DNA of 46,706 nt from Leucoraja erinacea (lineage: Eukaryota). Positions 44,913 through 46,706 of this stretch are shown piece after piece. A program made the translations under genes and the position numbers. The stretch is from NCBI RefSeq assembly GCF_028641065.1, contig NW_026576165.1:124001-170706 (forward strand), read 5' to 3'. The number at the start of each line of letters is the position of its first letter. Positions within the stretch are counted from its first letter, which is position 1. Under the pieces are notes generated by a model. The model made no database searches. It was not told where the DNA came from and saw only the letters and a program-made list of their open reading frames with translations.

Positions 44913-46258
44913 AAGTCAAGTCAAGTCAAGTCACATTTATTTCTATAGCACATTTAAAAAACAACTCTCGTTGGCCAAAGTGCTTTACATTTGTTATAAG
45001 AATAGCACAACAAAACAGACTACATACATATATACATGTAGCCCTCACTCAGAGGATGTCAGGAAAGGCTTGGGATTATAGATAAGTCTTTAGTCTTGAC
45101 TTAAAAGAGTAGATGGATGGGGTTGTTCATTCTGATGGGAAACATAGAAACATAGAAATTAGGTGCAGGAGTAGGCCATTCGGCCCTTCGAGCCTGCACC
45201 GCCATTCAATATGATCATGGCTGATCATCCAACTCAGTATCCCGTACCTGCCTTCTCTCCATACCCTCTGATCCCCTTAGCCACAAGGGCCACATCTAAC
45301 TCCCTCTTAAATATAGCCAATGAACTGGCCTCAACTACCCTCTGTGGCAGAGATTTCCAGAGATTCACCACTCTCTGTGTGAAAAAAGTTCTTCTCATCT
45401 CGGTTTTAAAGGATTTCCCCCTTATCCTTAAGCTGTGACCCCTTGTCCTGGACTTCCCCAACATCGGGAACAATCTTCCTGCATCTAGCCTGTCAAACCC
45501 CTTAAGAATTTTGTAAGTTTCTATAAGATCCCCTCTCAATCTCCTAAATTCTAGAGAGTATAAACCAAGTCTATCCAGTCTTTTTTCATAAGACAGTCCT
45601 GACATCCCAGGAATCAGTCTGGTGAACCTTCTCTGCACTCCCTCTATGGCAATAATGTCCTTCCTCAGATTTGGAGACCAAAACTGTACGCAATACTCCA
45701 GGTGTGGTCTCACCAAGACCCTGTACAACTGCAGTAGAACCTCCCTGCTCCTATCTCGCTGCATCTCCCCCTTTCCCAATCGGCCACCATTTAGATAATA
45801 GTCTGCTTTCCCGGGAAGGGGGATGCTGTTCCACAGTCTAGGGGCTGCAACCGCAAAGGCGCGGTCGATCGCCCCTGAGCTTATGCCTAGATCGTGGGAT
45901 ATTCAGCAACCCCAAGTCGGCCGATCTGAGGGGCCTGGAGGTGGAGTGGTGGGTGAGAAGACTTTTTATGTAGGTGGGGGCAGGGCAAGCCCATTGAGGG
46001 CTTTGTAGACATGGAGGAGTATTTTGAAGTTCATACGGAAGTCTCGCTGCCCTGCGGCATTTTGGACCAGTTGCAGGCGGGACAGGGAAGATTGGCTGAT
46101 GCCAGTGTAGAGGGAGTTGCAGTAATCGAGGCGGGAGGAGATAAATGTGTGGATGATCTTTTCCAGGTCATCAAACTGGAGGAATTGGTTTATTTTAGCT
46201 ATCGTCCGAAGCTGGAAGAAGCTAGCTTTTACCACGGCATTGACTCGTTTGTCAAATT
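44913..46258 (-). mobile_element. L2 LINE fragment interrupted by CR1 (about 45141-45812)
   Basis: KIIHTFISSRLDYCNSLYTG...SRLQLVQNAA ORF; (CTTGA)n tail at 44913; CR1 ORF at 45234-45779. Confidence 0.88.
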
Positions 46259-46706
46259 GTCGAAAGGCACCCATTCACCACATGCCCTCTTCCCCCCTTA
46301 CCTGCTGCCAAATTCATCCCCCACCCATGCCCTCTTCACCCCCCCCCCCAAACCTCCTCCTCTGCAAATCAGGTCAAGGTCACACTTATATATTGGCCTT
46401 ACAAGACAAGATGTGCTGCAGGGAAAGAAAATTGGCAATGGCTCGGCGGGGTTGTGGCAAAACGAAACAGCAGACACACACAACAGCCCCCCCCCAACAG
46501 AACTAACCGTCCCCGCGGAACGTTTTTTAGCGATATTTTTAGCAGAAATTGTTACGCAGAGAATAGATAATTCGCTCCCCCCCGAGCCCCGTATTTATAG
46601 AAGGATCCCCACTCCCATTCCCTATCGGTTTGATAACAGGATGAAGCAGGTGTAACAGGAGACCCACAGAGTGAGAAAAAAGGTAACAAAAAGTGATGGA
46701 GAAATC

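Noticed and set aside
46011-46655. 214-aa + strand ORF
   Set aside because: The first half is antisense L2 and the rest has no recognisable features.
46620-46706. Hydrophobic - strand frame ISPSLFVTFFLTLWVSCYTC as the MHC leader
   Set aside because: The start codon would lie outside the window and there is no convincing phase-1 donor before the stop.

Overview
Vertebrate genomic DNA, most likely a skate or ray. This is inferred from the repeat content: two CR1 subfamilies, HE1/V-type SINEs, Penelope-like elements, L2 and Rex1/Babar. Most of the window is fragmented transposon sequence and GA/CT low-complexity tracts, with N gaps at about 27.1-28.8 kb. Three spliced genes can be assembled by hand from GT-AG boundaries and matching intron phases. 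(1) TSR2 on the + strand, four exons from 73 to 6505; exon 1 is upstream of the window. (2) A complete six-exon, 195-aa SIT1-like lymphocyte transmembrane adaptor on the - strand (25971 to 14229). (3) A divergent MHC gene on the - strand (44869 to 38556; 5' end not resolved). It combines class I-type alpha2/alpha3 interface residues with a class II beta-type glycine heptad in the transmembrane segment, making it a candidate W-category beta (WB) chain. Its groove-domain exon carries an antisense L2 fragment of about 71 bp that keeps the frame open, and it lacks the second conserved cysteine. Other notable signals are minimal hammerhead-ribozyme motifs in Penelope termini, CR1-derived tandem arrays with identical junctions at separate loci, and several nested insertions. 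All assignments come from reading the sequence and recalled protein families; no searches were run. Exon coordinates were counted base by base, while repeat boundaries are approximate.
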